Assembly (NCBI GenBank): GCA_002269645.1
Contig: NIVC01002672.1
Location: forward strand, 1 to 64,000
Direction of reading: 5' to 3'
Origin: Macrostomum lignano
Taxonomy: Eukaryota
DNA: 64,000 nt
The notes beneath the pieces were generated by a model. It ran no database searches, had not been told where the DNA came from, and was given only the letters and a program-made list of their open reading frames with translations. Below, in pieces: positions 61,420 through 64,000 of this stretch. The first letter of the stretch is position 1; each line of letters begins with the position of its first letter. A program made the translations under genes and the position numbers.

Positions 61420-63772
61420 GCACTCGATAAGCCAAGGATTATTGCTATTAATAAACCAAGGACTACTGCACTCGATAAACCAAGGACTATTGCTCTTGGC
61501 AAACCAAAGATTACTGCACTTGATTAATCAAGGATTATTGCTATTAATAAACCAAGGATTACGGCACTTGGAAAACCAAGGATTACTGCACTCGATAAAC
61601 CAAGGACTATTGCTCTTGGCAAACCAAGGATTACTGCACTCAAGAAGCCAAGAATTATTGCACTTGGAAAACCAAGGATTAATGCACTCGATAAACCAAG
61701 GACTATTGCTCTTGGCAAACCAAGGATTACTGCACTCAAGAAGCCAAGGATTATTGCTATTAATAAACCAAGGATTACTGCACTTGGAAAACCAAGGATT
61801 ACTGCACTCGATAAACCAAGGACTATTGCTCTTGGCAAACCAAGGATTACTGCACTCAAGAAGCCAAGGATTATTGCACTTGGAAAACCAAGGATTACTG
61901 CACTCGATAAACCAAGGACTATTGCACTTGATAGGCCAAAGATTACTGCGCTTGATAAACCAAGGATTATTGCACTTGATAAACCAAGGATTATTGCACT
62001 TGATAAGCCAAGGATTACTGCGCTTGATAAACCAAGGATTATTGCACTTGATAAACAAAGGATTATTGCACTTGATAAACAAAGGATTATTGCACTTGAT
62101 AAACAAAGGATTATTGCACTTGATAAACCAAGGATTATTGCACTTGATAAGCCAAGGATTATTGCACTTGATAAGCCATGGATTATTGCACTTGATAGTA
62201 AAGAATGTTGCACTTGATAAGCCAAGGATTAATGCACTGGATTATTCAAGGATTATTGATATTAATAAACCAAGGACTACTGCACTCGATAAACCAAGGA
62301 TTATTGCTCTTAATAAACCAAGGATTACTGCACTTGGAAAACTAAGGATTACTGCACTCGATAAACCAAAGACTATTGCACTTGATAAACCAAGGATTAT
62401 TGCACTTGATAGGCCAAGGATTACTGCACTTGATAAACCAAGGATTATTGCACTTGATAGGCCAAAGATTACTGCGCTTGATAAACCAAGGATTATTGCA
62501 CTTGATAAACCAAGGATTATTGCAGTTGATAAGCCAAGGATTATTGCATCTGATAAACCAAAGATTATTGCACTTGATAAACCAAGGATTATTGCACTTG
62601 ATAAACCAAGGATTATTGCACTTGATAGGCCAAAGATTACTGCGCTTGATAAACCAAGGATTATTGCACTTGATAAACCAAGGATTATTGCAGTTGATAA
62701 GCCAAGGATTATTGCATCTGATAAACCAAGGATTATTGCAGTTGATAAGCCAAGGATTATTGCATCTGATAAACCAAGGATTATTGCACTTGATAAACCA
62801 AGGATTATTGCACTTGATAAACCAAGGATTATTGCACTTGATAAACCAAGGATTATTGCTCTTGGCAAACCAAGGATTACTGCACTCGATAAGCCAAGGA
62901 TTATTGCTCTTAATAAACCAAGGATTACTGCACTTGGAAAACTAAGGATTACTGCACTCGATAAACTAAGGATTATTGCTCTTGGCAAACCAAGGATTAT
63001 TGCACTTGATAAACCAAGGATTATTGCACTTGATAAACCAAGGATTATTGCACTTGATAAACCAAGGATTATTGCACTTGATAAGCCAAGGATTATTGCA
63101 CTTGATAGGCCAAGGATTACTGCGCTTGATAAACCAAGGACTATTGCACTTGATAAACCAAGGATTATTGCAGTTGATAAGCCAAGGATTATTGCACTTG
63201 ATAAACCAAGGATTATTGCACTTGATAAACCAAGGATTATTGCACTTGATAAACCAAGGATTATTGCACTTGATAGGCCAAGGATTACTGCACTTGATAA
63301 ACCAAGGATTATTGCACTTGATAGGCCAAAGATTACTGCGCTTGATAAACCAAGGATTATTGCAGTTGATAAGCCAAGGATTATTGCACTTGATAAACCA
63401 AGGATTATTTCACTTGATAAACCAAGGATTATTGCACTTGATAAACAAATATTGCACTTGATAAACCAAGGATTATTGCACCTGATAAGCCAAGGATTAC
63501 TGCGCTAGATAAACCAAGGATTATTGCACTTGATAAACCAAGGATTATTGCACTTAATAAACCAAGGATTATTGCACTTGATAAACCAAGGATTATTGCA
63601 CTTGATAAACAAAGGATTATTGCACTTGATAAACCAAGGATTATTGCACTTGATAAGCCAAAGATTACTGCACTTGATAAACCAAGGATTATTGCACTTG
63701 ATAAACCAAGGATTATTGCACTTGATTAATCAAGGATTATTGCTATTAATAAACCAAGGATTATTGCACTAG
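61420..63772. repeat. 24-bp minisatellite (GATAAACCAAGGATTATTGCACTT), about 2.3 kb, with higher-order variant blocks
   Basis: Direct tandem units; it explains the LINQGLLH/DKPRIIAL ORFs. Confidence 0.96.
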
Positions 63773-64000
63773 CTGAGAAGCTGATTACTGCGCTATCTAA
63801 AAAAGAGATTATTGCGCTCGCTGAGACGTGGATTGTTGCACAACCTGAGAAAGCGATTATTGCATTAGCGGAAGTAACATTTGCACTAGCTACTTGCTGT
63901 CTCGTGGATGCTTGCTCTCGAGGGGGGATACTTGCTATTTGGGAGAGGGGGTACTGGCTACATGCATGGGATTCTTTCTATCCAGGGATGCTTGCTATTC

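Noticed and set aside
61442-63508. 688-aa LINQGLLH/DKPRIIAL ORF resembling an LRR or pentapeptide-repeat protein
   Set aside because: It switches repeat frame midway and several frames and strands are open, as expected for a 24-bp satellite. No splice or start context supports it.

Overview
Eukaryotic, intron-rich animal genomic DNA with no prokaryotic features. GC-rich exons, minisatellite-packed introns and the gene content suggest a Macrostomum-like flatworm (inference only). I hand-spliced six protein-coding genes using GT-AG sites with consistent phases. (1) The 3' part of a Roco gene (+, 837-21924): ROC GTPase, COR, two TIR domains, a CEHxxGWH/WLCxEH C-terminal domain and a terminal CaaX box (CQLL). 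(2) An intronless rhodopsin-class peptide GPCR nested antisense in a Roco intron. (3) A large C-type-lectin/sushi-like/mucin glycoprotein gene (-, about 24264-34635) with an in-frame TAG just before a strong splice donor. (4) A HAD-family pseudouridine-5'-phosphatase (PUDP/HDHD1-like, 37052-38945). (5) A secreted, probably GPI-anchored Cys-rich protein (40419-54424). (6) An intron-poor prominin-like gene (56918-60467) with a 1-nt frameshift. Mobile DNA includes a Merlin element with perfect TIRs and TSD, a hAT deletion derivative, a MITE, two tRNA-derived SINE families (one CORE-like) and a decayed Gypsy fragment. About 25 tandem arrays are present and many abut splice sites; one has amplified the Roco exon's own 5' splice site about 30 times. 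The best candidates for undescribed biology are the putatively prenylated Roco-TIR-TIR protein (one TIR with the catalytic Glu, one without) and the splice-site-anchored minisatellites.
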